Positions 1 to 10,049 of a stretch of DNA of 64,000 bases are shown here, piece by piece (positions within the stretch are counted from its first letter, which is position 1; every line of letters begins with the position of its first letter). The position numbers and the translations under genes are program-made. Under the pieces are notes generated by a model. That model was not told the DNA's origin. It saw only the letters and a list, made by a program, of their open reading frames with translations, and searched no databases. Source of the stretch: Bacteroidales bacterium (GTDB lineage: Bacteria > Bacteroidota > Bacteroidia > Bacteroidales > UBA3663). Where the stretch lies: positions 8,109-72,108 of the forward strand of contig JAZNGG010000029.1 in assembly GCA_045576355.1 (NCBI GenBank). The letters run 5' to 3'.

Positions 1-87
1 CGCATAGTTAAAAATCCGCTGACCACGGTCGCCGGAGAACAATCCTTTAAAAGCTGCTACTTTCTTTTTATTGATGATCTTTGCCAT
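1..87 (-). CDS. porL: T9SS protein PorL/GldL, first 29 codons only (gene continues past the left edge)
   Basis: ATG at complement 85-87. Reads MAKIINKKKVAAFKGLFSGDRGQRIFNYA to the window edge with no stop. Lies 125 nt downstream of porK on the same strand, the slot porL occupies in the conserved porP-porK-porL-porM-porN order. Confidence 0.55.
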   Translation of the reverse strand, partial: MAKIINKKKVAAFKGLFSGDRGQRIFNYA

Positions 88-212
88 AATGGTAATATTT
101 TCTGTGATGATGTCCGAATGGCACGGGGATGTCCCGTTTACACATTCGCTGGTAATAAAAATTATCTATATATATATTAATAATGTATATGCAGAGAGAA
201 ATCAAGTGGAGA

Positions 213-1727
213 TTATCTTCTCACCGAACGGCTGCCTCCACCACCGCCTCCTGAAGCGCGAGAAGAGGAGCCTTTAGAGGAGCGGGACTTTGTCCCTTTG
301 TCTCCACCCAAATAGGTTCTCACACAGCGGAATCCGACAAACGAACGCTGCTCATTCTGGTATTCCCATGTACGCAAGTCGGGGCGGATATAGTGCTGCA
401 CATCCTTCCACGAACCGCCACGGATCACCTTACGCTTCATCTTGTAAGGATCCTCTTTGGCTGCATTATACTGATAATCGGGATTGATGTCAGAGGTCAC
501 TTGCAGGCCCGCTTCAGCCCAAGCAGAAGAGGTCCACTCTGCCACGTTTCCACTCATGTCATACAGCCCAAAGTCGTTGGGAGTGTAGCTTCCCACAGGC
601 GAAGTGATGATATATCCATCACGGGAGTAATCACCCTCTCCCGGCTTGAAGTTGCCGTTATAACACCCCTTCTCAGTGTGCGGAGTGTTGTTTTTCCAGG
701 GATAAACCTGTTCGGAGTTGCCGGCACGGGCTGCATATTCCCACTCAGCCTCTGTCGGCAGGCGGAAAGGCTCTATCTGGATGCCGCGCATCCCATATCC
801 TTGTTTCAAGTATTCCGTACGCCACACGCAGAAGGCATTGGCCTGCTCCCAAGAGACTCCGACCACCGGATGATCATCATAGATTGGATTAGAGAAATAG
901 TAGCGGGCATAAGTCTCGGTGTAAGCATTGGCAAAGTCATTGACCCACACAGTGGTGTCCGGATAGATATTTACGATATATGTATTGAGGAAGTCAAATT
1001 CGCTGGTCAAGGGACGAGTGATGGTCATGCGCTGTACATTGCCCTCATCATCGATAAAGGCTGTATCCTTGCTGATCAAGATCTCCTCCGTATAATCGAC
1101 CTGCACATCTGTGTCCAGATTACGTCTTTCCGGATCGAGACGATAACGACGCTGGGCATAAGACTTATAGTCAAACACCTCATAACGATAATTCATCTGA
1201 CGTGCATCGAGCATCTTCTGTCCGGTGATGGGATCCACACGATAGACGCTGTTGATGGCGCGTTCTTCGTCCTCATTAGGTTTACGCCACGGGATCGGTT
1301 TAGCCCAGTTCAGATGCGGCTTAATCGGCTCGCCATAACGATCCTCCTCGATCTTAAATTCATCGTTGCCCCCATAAGCCGGATCTGCCAGACGCTCACG
1401 GATGATGGAGTCACGCACATAAAAAACAAACTGACGATACTTCGCATTAGAGACCTCTTTTTCGTCCATCCAGAAAGCATCGACCGAGATGCCGCGAGAT
1501 TCGGGCAAGTCGTTCCACAAACTGTCCTGCGTCTGTGCGCCCACCTGCATCGAACCACGTTTCACAAGTACCATGCCATAGGGAGCTGGTTCAGACCAGG
1601 CTCGTCCGCGGACACCGACGACCTCACCTCCGCCACCACCAAGGTTTTTCGAACAAGATGTTACAAGCACTGACACTACGACTGCCATCCATGTATAAAC
1701 CAGCTTTCTCATCATTTCTTTTCTCAT
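213..1727 (-). CDS. porK: T9SS lipoprotein PorK/GldK (FGE/SUMF1-fold)
   Basis: 504-aa ORF with lipoprotein signal ...VLVTSC. FGE-sulfatase-type blocks (DAFWMDEKEVSNAKYRQF, RGGSWKD, GFRCV). Flanked by porP and porL. Gly/Ser/Arg-rich C-terminal tail. Confidence 0.85.
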   Translation of the reverse strand: MRKEMMRKLVYTWMAVVVSVLVTSCSKNLGGGGGEVVGVRGRAWSEPAPYGMVLVKRGSMQVGAQTQDSLWNDLPESRGISVDAFWMDEKEVSNAKYRQFVFYVRDSIIRERLADPAYGGNDEFKIEEDRYGEPIKPHLNWAKPIPWRKPNEDEERAINSVYRVDPITGQKMLDARQMNYRYEVFDYKSYAQRRYRLDPERRNLDTDVQVDYTEEILISKDTAFIDDEGNVQRMTITRPLTSEFDFLNTYIVNIYPDTTVWVNDFANAYTETYARYYFSNPIYDDHPVVGVSWEQANAFCVWRTEYLKQGYGMRGIQIEPFRLPTEAEWEYAARAGNSEQVYPWKNNTPHTEKGCYNGNFKPGEGDYSRDGYIITSPVGSYTPNDFGLYDMSGNVAEWTSSAWAEAGLQVTSDINPDYQYNAAKEDPYKMKRKVIRGGSWKDVQHYIRPDLRTWEYQNEQRSFVGFRCVRTYLGGDKGTKSRSSKGSSSRASGGGGGGSRSVRR

Positions 1728-1767
1728 ATATTATCAGACCGATAGGGTCTCTGTTTATTATCTGACT

Positions 1768-2859
1768 TTACAATATTCTTATACTTTTATGCCGATGTTT
1801 GGTTTTCTTATCCAAATCCATTTTCAGCGTGTAGGTTGCCATGATTTCGTGACTACCACCGGAGGCATTGGCGAGAGGAGAGATTCCTATGTCATAAGCA
1901 TAGCCCACCATAAAACTCTTCAGTTTCATCCCTGCCATCAGCACTACCGCATCTTTCGGCCGAAACGTCAAACCTCCCCAAAACTTTTGATCATACATCG
2001 CTCTGATGGTATAATCGACCTGCGTCATGCCTAATGTCGTCTTTACCAATAAGGAGGGTTGCAATATGTATAACGAGCGACGGATGGGAATATTGCATCC
2101 TGCCTCAAAATAAAATACCCGAGCCTGCTCAGAATAAGCAAATTCGTCTAAATCCAGCACCGGCTGTGTGAGATGGCGGGCAGATAAACCGGCATAAAAG
2201 AGGTCATGAGAGTAACGCAACCCTGCCGAACAGTCAAATGCCATCGCTGAGACATCTCCGGTCGGGAGGGCATCATCCGATGGTTCCCATGCCTCCCCAT
2301 CCGGGATGTATATTTCACCTCCGGAGAAAGACTGATTGATGCCGCCCAATTCGATTCCGACGGAGAGTATTCCTCCCCAAAATTTCTTGGTCCTGAAGAC
2401 ATATTGGAAACCAAACGATGTCGTACCAAACAGACCCGCCTTATCATTGGCCAAGGTCAATCCGGCTCCATGTTGCCGCTTCATGAACTTAAATGGGAGA
2501 TCGGCTCCGAAAAAGAAGGTCGTAGGGGCATTCTCCACACCCATCCACTGCATACGATGAAATGCTGAGATATGCAGTGAACTATCCTGTCCCGCTGCAG
2601 CAGGATTATAGAAAGTTGGGACTGCATGATACATACTTATTTGCGCCTCGTTCTGAGCACGGGCTCCTGCCACACTGAGCACACATAAAACACAGAGCAA
2701 AATCCGGAGAGAGAGTTTCCTCGCTCCGGAGATATTTTGCCCGAGGTCTAATATGTCTCTATATCGGGAACTGTATATCTGTATCCATCTCTTGTGAAGC
2801 ATCTCTTTATTAACGATGTTTCCTCTGAAATATTGCCTCTTGATACTTATTATCCCCAA
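1768..2859 (-). CDS. porP: PorP/SprF-family T9SS outer-membrane protein
   Basis: 363-aa ORF. Signal-like segment followed by QISMYHAVPTFYNPAAAG, typical of PorP/SprF. Directly upstream of porK. True start may be the internal Met at 2802 (MLHKRW...). Confidence 0.8.
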   Translation of the reverse strand: MGIISIKRQYFRGNIVNKEMLHKRWIQIYSSRYRDILDLGQNISGARKLSLRILLCVLCVLSVAGARAQNEAQISMYHAVPTFYNPAAAGQDSSLHISAFHRMQWMGVENAPTTFFFGADLPFKFMKRQHGAGLTLANDKAGLFGTTSFGFQYVFRTKKFWGGILSVGIELGGINQSFSGGEIYIPDGEAWEPSDDALPTGDVSAMAFDCSAGLRYSHDLFYAGLSARHLTQPVLDLDEFAYSEQARVFYFEAGCNIPIRRSLYILQPSLLVKTTLGMTQVDYTIRAMYDQKFWGGLTFRPKDAVVLMAGMKLKSFMVGYAYDIGISPLANASGGSHEIMATYTLKMDLDKKTKHRHKSIRIL

Positions 2860-2932
2860 TCAGCACACGTTTTCTTGTTCAAAGAATAAAGCGTCCAATT
2901 GGGGATGATACATACAATACGATAAAGGAAGG

Positions 2933-4255
2933 TTATTCCTCCACTATTTCACCAATGAGGGTAGCTGACGAAGCCTCATGGACTCTCACCATCACAAAAT
3001 CACCCGGCCGTGCATTTCCTTTGGGGAAGACGATCATCTTATTCTGGCTGCTGCGTCCGCACATCTGTTCGCGGCTCCGCTTACTATAACCTTCCACCAG
3101 AACTTCAAACGTTTTTCCGATGTCTCTCAGATTACTCTCTCTCGAAAGCTCGTTCTGCAAATTTATAATCTCCGTGAGTCGTGCCACTTTCACCTCTTCC
3201 GGGACATCATCTTTGTAATGACGTGCGGCAAAGGTGCCGGGACGTTCGCTATACTTAAACATAAAAGCAGAGTCATATCCCACTTCACGCATCAGCGAGA
3301 GTGTCTCCTGCTGATCCTCCTCTGTCTCGGTGCAGAAGCCGCAGAATACATCTGTAGAGATGCCACAGTCCGGCATGATACGCTTGATGGCTGCGATCCG
3401 ATCCAGATACCATGCCCGGTCATATTTACGATTCATCAACTTCAAGATTCTGCTCGATCCGGATTGCGCCGGCAGATGCAGATGACGACAGATGTTTTTG
3501 TGCGCTGCCATGGTTTCCAAGATGCGGTCACTCATATCCTCCGGATTGGAGGTAGAGAAGCGAACACGCATACCGGGAGCAGCCTCTGCCACGATGGCAA
3601 GCAGTGCTGCAAAGTCAATATCCTCTTTACCTTCCTTTTTGTATAAATAGGAATTAACATTCTGTCCCAGCAAAGTCACCTCCTTAAACCCTTTCTGCTC
3701 GAGGTCTCTCAATTCTGCCAAGATACTTTCCGGTTCGCGACTCCGCTCCCTGCCGCGGGTATAAGGGACGATGCAATAGGAACAGAAGTTATTACATCCA
3801 CGCATGATGCTGATAAAACCGGAGATTCGGCTATGTCCGATTCGGGTCGGGATGATTTCTTTATAAGTCTCGGTCGTAGATAGTTCGACATTGACAGCAT
3901 CCAGTCCCTGTTCGGCAGAGGCAATGAGATTGGGCAAATCCAAATAAGAATCGGGACCTGCCACAATATTTGCACCCAGTTTCAGCAATTCCTCCTTCAC
4001 TCGTTCTGCCATACAACCCAGGACACCTACGATGATGTGTCTCCCTTTGCGACGGAGCGAATCGAAATATTGCAGTCTGCCATAAATCTTTTGCTCTGCA
4101 TTCTCTCTGATCGAGCAAGTATTCATAAAGACTGCATCTGCCTCTTCGAGGGAGTCACACATCTCATAACCTGCCATTTGCATGATGGTTGCCACCACTT
4201 CACTATCGGCAACATTCATCTGACAGCCGTATGTCTCTATAAACAATTTTTTCAT
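2933..4255 (-). CDS. miaB: tRNA-2-methylthio-N6-dimethylallyladenosine synthase
   Basis: 440 aa. N-terminal ETYGCQMN, radical-SAM CNNFCSYC (CxxxCxxC), C-terminal TRAM-like region. Confidence 0.9.
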   Translation of the reverse strand: MKKLFIETYGCQMNVADSEVVATIMQMAGYEMCDSLEEADAVFMNTCSIRENAEQKIYGRLQYFDSLRRKGRHIIVGVLGCMAERVKEELLKLGANIVAGPDSYLDLPNLIASAEQGLDAVNVELSTTETYKEIIPTRIGHSRISGFISIMRGCNNFCSYCIVPYTRGRERSREPESILAELRDLEQKGFKEVTLLGQNVNSYLYKKEGKEDIDFAALLAIVAEAAPGMRVRFSTSNPEDMSDRILETMAAHKNICRHLHLPAQSGSSRILKLMNRKYDRAWYLDRIAAIKRIMPDCGISTDVFCGFCTETEEDQQETLSLMREVGYDSAFMFKYSERPGTFAARHYKDDVPEEVKVARLTEIINLQNELSRESNLRDIGKTFEVLVEGYSKRSREQMCGRSSQNKMIVFPKGNARPGDFVMVRVHEASSATLIGEIVEE

Positions 4256-4379
4256 TTTAGTTCAAACAATTGTTAATACGTATTCATATTTCTGTTAATC
4301 ATAGGGATTAATTGTGAAAAGATGCTAATAAAGCAACGATTTCTACCCCCTTATACTATATAATATAAAACAAAAATTA

Positions 4380-4387
4380 TATCTTTG
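4380..4387 (+). promoter_or_regulatory. Bacteroidetes -7 promoter box TATCTTTG (orphan; no ORF follows)
   Basis: Exact match to TAnnTTTG. Followed ~45 nt later by a strong intrinsic terminator. Confidence 0.35.
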
Positions 4388-4393
4388 CGATGA

Positions 4394-4460
4394 AAAATTT
4401 ATTATCATAGTTAAGGTTTAGGTTATTAGAACAGAGGCTTGTGAAAGTCTCTGTTTTTTT
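4394..4460 (+). ncRNA. Candidate ~65-nt small RNA (promoter box to terminator)
   Basis: Bounded by the TATCTTTG box (4380-4387) and the hairpin plus T7 run at 4431-4460, in a divergent intergenic region with no convergent gene to terminate. Confidence 0.25.
4431..4460 (+). terminator. Intrinsic terminator
   Basis: ACAGAGGCTT / AAGTCTCTGT 10-bp stem (one G-U), GTGA (GNRA) tetraloop, then TTTTTTT. Confidence 0.6.
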
Positions 4461-4732
4461 GCACGCTGTCTCAAAAGAGTGTGCAAGAAATATACAATAA
4501 TTCTCTTTTTTTATATCCTAAACGTCACTTTCTTACTTTTATTCTTTGCCACATTGTTCTAAATTGCATATTTTTGCCCGGCAAAACAAACATGCATCGT
4601 ACATAAAGAACAATTTCTACCTTATTTATCCTCGTCAAGCACTGCGTTGATCACTGGACAGTAACATACAACGCACCGCAATTACGCAGCAAAATTAGCG
4701 AAAATCGAGGTAAAAACAAATAATTTGAGCGG

Positions 4733-4740
4733 TTATCTTT
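4733..4740 (+). promoter_or_regulatory. -7 promoter box TATCTTTG for the CoA-transferase gene
   Basis: Exact TAnnTTTG match 41 nt upstream of the ATG at 4781. Confidence 0.45.
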
Positions 4741-4780
4741 GTTTTGCGGTACTGATAACGTATTAAAAGCAAACAGAACA

Positions 4781-6277
4781 ATGAAATTCGAAATACTGAC
4801 TGCCGAGAGAGCAGCATCACTCATACAAAACGGAGACACTTTAGCATTCAGCGGATTCTCGTCGTGCGGTTCGCCCAGAGTGGTCTCACAGGCATTGGCC
4901 CATCGTGCGGAGGCCGAGCACGCAGCGGGCCGCCCATTCACCATCGATATGCTGACAGGAGCCTCCTCATGCGAGGAGTTGGATGGTGTGTTGGCACAAG
5001 CACAAGCCGTAGGTCGGCGCACACCTTACCAGTCATCGCCGATCATGCGTCGATCCATCAACCAGGGGGAAATCCCCTATTTTGACCTGCACCTCTCCAT
5101 GTTGGGACAAGGGGTCAGATATGGTTTCCTCGGAGAGATCGACTACTGCATCATCGAGGCTGCCGATGTAACCGATGAGGGAGAAATTACTTTAGGTGGA
5201 AGTGTCGGAGCGATTGATACGTTCGCTCATAAAGCCCGACACATCATCATCGAGCACAACAGCTTTCTCCCCAAAGAGATCAAAGGTCTGCACGACATTT
5301 ACACTCCGTACAACCCACCTCATCGTCGCGAGATCCCGATCTACACCCCCTCTGACCACATCGGCAGTCCGACGCTGAAAGTCAATCCCGACAAGATTGT
5401 CGGCATCGTCCCTTGCCATTATCATTACGACATCGAGGACTTTACAGCGATCGATGAGACGACCGAGACCATCGGGCGCAACGTGGTGGACTTCCTTGTC
5501 CAGGAATATCAGGCTGGGAGAATACCTCCGGAATTTCTGCCCTTGCAAAGCGGCGTCGGCAACATCGCTAATGCCGTCATACACGCGATGAACGATGCCA
5601 CGGCTCTCCCCCCTTTCGAGATGTACACTGAGGTGCTTCAGGATTCGGTCGTCAAGCTCATCGACACCGGCAAATGCTCATACGTCTCCAGTTGTTCACT
5701 GACCTTAAGCAACGCGATGTTTGAGCGAGTACTGCAAAACCTCGATTTCTACAAGAAGCACATCGTCCTGCGCCCTTGCGAATTGACCAACAATCCTGAG
5801 ATCATCCGCCGGTTAGGCATCATCTCAATCAATACGGCACTGGAGGCAGACATCTTTGGCAATGTCAATTCGACGCATGTCTTTGGCTCTAAGATGATGA
5901 ACGGCATCGGTGGGTCGGCAGACTTCACGCGCAACGCCTACATCTCCATATTTACTTGTCCCTCCATAGCCAAAGGGGGCAACATCAGCGCCATCGTTCC
6001 CTTTGTGACACACGTCGATAGTTCCGAACACTCGGTGCAGATACTGATCACCGAGCAAGGGGTGGCAGACCTGCGGAGCAAGTCTCCTCGTCAGAGGGCG
6101 GAATGCATCATCGACAACTGTGTGCATCCGGACTATCGTCCGCTGCTTCGTGACTACCTCAGTCTCAGCGATGAGGGGCACACCCCGCAGACCCTCTCCT
6201 GTGCCTTTGCCATGCATGAGGAGTTTATCAAGAGTGGAGACATGCGTAAAACCGATTGGGCGAGCTATCGCAGATAA
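4781..6277 (+). CDS. Acetyl-CoA hydrolase/transferase family protein (succinyl-CoA:acetate/propionate CoA-transferase type)
   Basis: ORF 4739-6277. Start chosen at MKFEILTAERAASLIQNGDTLAFSGF (ATG 4781). Family pattern includes MMNGIGGSADFTRNA. Confidence 0.85.
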   Translation: MKFEILTAERAASLIQNGDTLAFSGFSSCGSPRVVSQALAHRAEAEHAAGRPFTIDMLTGASSCEELDGVLAQAQAVGRRTPYQSSPIMRRSINQGEIPYFDLHLSMLGQGVRYGFLGEIDYCIIEAADVTDEGEITLGGSVGAIDTFAHKARHIIIEHNSFLPKEIKGLHDIYTPYNPPHRREIPIYTPSDHIGSPTLKVNPDKIVGIVPCHYHYDIEDFTAIDETTETIGRNVVDFLVQEYQAGRIPPEFLPLQSGVGNIANAVIHAMNDATALPPFEMYTEVLQDSVVKLIDTGKCSYVSSCSLTLSNAMFERVLQNLDFYKKHIVLRPCELTNNPEIIRRLGIISINTALEADIFGNVNSTHVFGSKMMNGIGGSADFTRNAYISIFTCPSIAKGGNISAIVPFVTHVDSSEHSVQILITEQGVADLRSKSPRQRAECIIDNCVHPDYRPLLRDYLSLSDEGHTPQTLSCAFAMHEEFIKSGDMRKTDWASYRR

Positions 6278-6380
6278 CTCTTAAGTTTCTTCTCCACGAT
6301 GCCACACACTCATTGCTCCGGACAGCAATAATAATATATATAAGGTTCTCGGGAGGGCAATAAAATAACAAAAAGAAAAA

Positions 6381-6426
6381 CTGCATCCTTGTTGCGACCC
6401 ATAGAGTCGTGATTTCAAGGATGCAG
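6381..6426. terminator. Bidirectional hairpin terminator between convergent genes
   Basis: CTGCATCCTTG / CAAGGATGCAG 11-bp stem, A-rich on the left and T-rich on the right. Confidence 0.55.
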
Positions 6427-6503
6427 TTATTTGTATTATACACCCCCAATCAGGGCTGAAACTGCAAAGTCATAATTATAGAGCAACGGATGCCTTGCGG
6501 AGC

Positions 6504-8795
6504 TTAGGGTTTGCTCACCATATAGACCGCTCGGATGCGGAGATTCAATCCTGTGCGGGGCGCTTTACCATAATTGGCTGCTTCATTGGTATAGGTGTCC
6601 CCCCAGTCACTCACAGCTGTCGTACCATTTTCATCGACTTTGGTGGCACGAGCATAACCGGTATCTTCAGGATAATCATACCAAAAAATAACTTGCTGTC
6701 TTCTTTTTCCCGAGGCAGATGACCAATAGAAGTGGTTTTGAAATTCAGGATAGAGAGAGAAATACTCCTTCAACAAGGTCTCCAGTTCTCCAATACCCGG
6801 TAAATACCACTTGGCATTGGCAGCGGTGATCGTCCCATCGGCATTGCGCTTATTACGCATATAGCAATATTCAGCAGCACAACGAGGAGGCAAATCCAAA
6901 GTTCGGGTATTAATCGTGTTCAGATATCCCGATTTGGTCATAATATTATTGGTCGCATCCCAGCCTTTACAATAAACATTAATATAATCATCGCCCATAG
7001 ATACTCCATTACACCCCCACTCCAGACCGGAATAAACCAAAGGAGAGTGTGTCGCATCCTCCAATGGATCCGAATATTCGAGATACTCTTCGTATGCCTC
7101 AATATAAAAAGTGGAAGATCCATCATTGTGCGTCGCCGTAATCGGTCCGATCAGTCCGCTCTGTTCGATCTCCAGGGTCTGCTCATAGGGGACGCCATCC
7201 ACCTCATAAGTCAAGATGAGATCGACCGCGCGGGTAGTATTGGCATTGGCAGGATCTACATTCTCATCCACATAAAGATAGATGCGATCGCGAGGCTGCA
7301 CGTTGGCATAGGCTGTATTGGCAGCGAGTGTCGAGGTAACCAGATCAGTCGTAAAATATTTCCGGACACCATGCCATGGCAGATAACCGGCACCTACTAC
7401 CACCTGGTTATTCGTATTAGCGACCGTCCCGGCAGCCATGTCCGACGCCGGAACACGCTCCATACGGATCCAGCGGTGCGTCGCAGGATCCTGGATTGAA
7501 ATATTAAGATTCCGAACTTTCGGACTGAGGGCATACATATCGAGCGGTACGACACAGAAGTGGGCATCCATTTTGTGCTCACGGAGCAGAGAAATATAGA
7601 CCGCCGGACTCTCCTTGACCACAACCCGTGCATCATAAGAGATCAGTGAATAGTCGCCACTTTTGTCCGTACGGGTAATACCGGTGATGATGATATTGTT
7701 CTTATACTGGTAATTGCGCTTCACCTGATAGTCATTGGTATGATTGGCCCCGAGATAGAGACAATAGTCCACCTCATAGGTCACCTCATCGGCAGTGGTA
7801 TAAGAGGTAGCAATATCTACACATGTGGCATCCTGATGGGCAAGCAGCGGTTTATAGTGCTGTCCTAACTCAGGATCATTGAGGATGACAGAGGGATCCA
7901 CCACATGTTCGTTTAGGAAAGCTTCTAATGTAGAGGTGGGTTGCTGGACATTCTCAAACATATAGAAAGAGAATGCCACCGCGCCATTACGGTTATAGAT
8001 CATCTGCACATTGGGTACTACGACTTCATCGATTTTCCCGACCTGGGCCACTGAGGTACGTGCAAAATCCGGATTGTCCAGGACGACACCTAACGGGAGA
8101 TTCTTCACCGCCCAACTATGGGTTGCCAACATGGGCAAATCGCCCTCAGTCTTGTCGGCATCCAGCGTAATATTGAAATCGACTCGCGCCATCAGAGCCT
8201 TCAGGTCGATCGTCAAGTTGTTGGCCCCACTCCTAAAATCATGCGTAGCACTACCCATCATCGGCATACCGGTGGCAGGAAGGGACAGAGAGAGCGACGC
8301 CGGTTTATAGACGTATGAACGGATCAAACTTAAAGTGTTCCCCCCCTCAAAGTTATCGGGAAGGCCATTGGCATCATCATCCTTGAAGACTACCGTCTCA
8401 GGGTTTTCCAGATTGGCAAAGACATAGACCGTCGCTACATCTTCATGACCTGCTCGCGGAACGATGAGCGAAGATCCGGAAGGGACGAACTGAAAAGCCA
8501 GCCTATTGCCAAACTCATCCACCGACGAGATAAAGTTGCCGGCGGCATCCAGAAAGAAGATTGCCATGTTGTGAACCGTCGTCTCAGCCTCCGTCTTGGA
8601 GTCCACCGCACGAGTCGAAACATTACGCACAGAAAGCACCTGGCTCTGCGCCGTGATGGAGATGTAGTCTCCTCCACCCTGTCCCGGCTCAGACTCAGCC
8701 TCGGGCTGACATGCCGTGAGGGAGAGCATCAGGCAGCAAAGAAGCGCCGATGCCCAACGGGTGAAGGATCTGTATATAGATGTTTGTAGCTTCAT
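6504..8795 (-). CDS. Large type V pilus tip/accessory lipoprotein with C-terminal DUF1566/Lcl-like domain
   Basis: 763 aa, lipobox LSLTAC, last gene of the pilus operon. C-terminus AKWYLPGIGELETLLKEYF...HFYWSSAS resembles the DUF1566 pattern. Confidence 0.6.
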   Translation of the reverse strand: MKLQTSIYRSFTRWASALLCCLMLSLTACQPEAESEPGQGGGDYISITAQSQVLSVRNVSTRAVDSKTEAETTVHNMAIFFLDAAGNFISSVDEFGNRLAFQFVPSGSSLIVPRAGHEDVATVYVFANLENPETVVFKDDDANGLPDNFEGGNTLSLIRSYVYKPASLSLSLPATGMPMMGSATHDFRSGANNLTIDLKALMARVDFNITLDADKTEGDLPMLATHSWAVKNLPLGVVLDNPDFARTSVAQVGKIDEVVVPNVQMIYNRNGAVAFSFYMFENVQQPTSTLEAFLNEHVVDPSVILNDPELGQHYKPLLAHQDATCVDIATSYTTADEVTYEVDYCLYLGANHTNDYQVKRNYQYKNNIIITGITRTDKSGDYSLISYDARVVVKESPAVYISLLREHKMDAHFCVVPLDMYALSPKVRNLNISIQDPATHRWIRMERVPASDMAAGTVANTNNQVVVGAGYLPWHGVRKYFTTDLVTSTLAANTAYANVQPRDRIYLYVDENVDPANANTTRAVDLILTYEVDGVPYEQTLEIEQSGLIGPITATHNDGSSTFYIEAYEEYLEYSDPLEDATHSPLVYSGLEWGCNGVSMGDDYINVYCKGWDATNNIMTKSGYLNTINTRTLDLPPRCAAEYCYMRNKRNADGTITAANAKWYLPGIGELETLLKEYFSLYPEFQNHFYWSSASGKRRQQVIFWYDYPEDTGYARATKVDENGTTAVSDWGDTYTNEAANYGKAPRTGLNLRIRAVYMVSKP

Positions 8796-8834
8796 AGAAT
8801 TTCTCTTTGTAGTCCGGTTAAAATAAGTTGCTCA

Positions 8835-10031
8835 TCAACTGAAGATGATGTCATCGTTGTCCTCACTGCCATCATCGGCTTCACCATCTTCCCATACGTC
8901 TGCCTTGGGAGAAATCATCACAATGTTGTCTCCACCCAACCAGTTAAACTGGAAAACGTAATTCACCCCCGGCTTCGGAGCAAAGGAGTCTGTGTTAATT
9001 TTAAATGTAGCAGTCCGACGACTATTATTAAATGTATAGTCGATGATGACATTGACAGCACGACCGCTCTTCGCCAGCGGCTCGGCTGCAGTACCTGCCG
9101 GCAACATCAGCGGTTCGCCGACGATCTGAGACGTTCCGCTCTGTAAAGTTGTAGCTGTGCCGGAGATCGTGTAAGTGCCCGAATAGTAGGCCGACCCATA
9201 AGTGGAAACGGGTGCTCCGGAGGAGCAATCGACCTCCAAAGTGCGATGGAAGCGATCTCCCTGCACCTTTACACTGTGGATAGTCAGCGTCAACTTGTTG
9301 CCATTATTGTCCTCTCCATAATTGACCATCTTAAACGAGAGCGAGGTGAGCAAATGCTCGAACTGCAACTTGACATGTCCGTCTGTCCTCTGATGATCGA
9401 TGCAGCAAGCCAGCATCGGATCCTCCGTAAGCATGGCACGAGCAGTATTGGTGTTACCATTATTAGTAAACATCGTATAGGTAAACTTCGGTGCTCCTAC
9501 GGCTGTAGCAGAAGTGGGAGAAGTCAGTGCCAGTTTGGCTGAAGCCGAGGGATAATAGGCAAAGAAAGAGTAGAGATAATCATCCGCATCGGCAGCGACA
9601 GAGGCATGGACAGCATTATTGATGTCATAGCCCTTTCCCTCTTCATATCTGTACCAATACTTTATATCATTATAATTGCAAATATTGCTCCCCACAGTGA
9701 TCTCAGTCTTATAGAATATATGAGGGGTGCTTCTCAGATACTTGCTGCTCCAAGGGGCTGTCGAGCTTGCATAGTTCAACTCTGAGCTGCCCACCGTAGT
9801 CGGCACACAATAGCCCAAGACGGCAAACTGATCATTGGTGTTAAAAGCCTCTTTAGGGGCACGGGTCAGCTCCCCAGCCTCCAGTTCGATCGGTCTGGAG
9901 AAAGTGATCTCTCCGGGTCCGGGAAGCGGAGTTGGCTCCATCAGTACAGCATCGTCACCGCAGCCGGTGGCGAGGTGTAGTCCCAAGATGGTCGCAAGCA
10001 GATAGGATGCTACTGAATATCGGGTTCTCAT
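8835..10031 (-). CDS. Fimbrillin-like lipoprotein (type V pilus accessory subunit)
   Basis: 398 aa, lipobox LATGC, operon position, Bacteroidales fimbrillin-like composition. Confidence 0.6.
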   Translation of the reverse strand: MRTRYSVASYLLATILGLHLATGCGDDAVLMEPTPLPGPGEITFSRPIELEAGELTRAPKEAFNTNDQFAVLGYCVPTTVGSSELNYASSTAPWSSKYLRSTPHIFYKTEITVGSNICNYNDIKYWYRYEEGKGYDINNAVHASVAADADDYLYSFFAYYPSASAKLALTSPTSATAVGAPKFTYTMFTNNGNTNTARAMLTEDPMLACCIDHQRTDGHVKLQFEHLLTSLSFKMVNYGEDNNGNKLTLTIHSVKVQGDRFHRTLEVDCSSGAPVSTYGSAYYSGTYTISGTATTLQSGTSQIVGEPLMLPAGTAAEPLAKSGRAVNVIIDYTFNNSRRTATFKINTDSFAPKPGVNYVFQFNWLGGDNIVMISPKADVWEDGEADDGSEDNDDIIFS

Positions 10032-10049
10032 AGAGTCGTCCTTTCTCTG

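Noticed and set aside
213-300. Gly/Ser/Arg-rich C-terminal tail of PorK (…SSKGSSSRASGGGGGGSRSVRR).
   Set aside because: It is a compositional tail with no independent evidence of function, and nothing further can be tested from the sequence alone.
393-1673. 426-aa plus-strand ORF. Similar long antisense ORFs occur at 15867-16640, 17177-18154, 21835-22677, 28918-29790, 46819-47688 and 57444-58184.
   Set aside because: Each lies wholly inside an opposite-strand gene with a clearly recognisable family. Their translations are low-complexity and family-less, so they are shadow ORFs.
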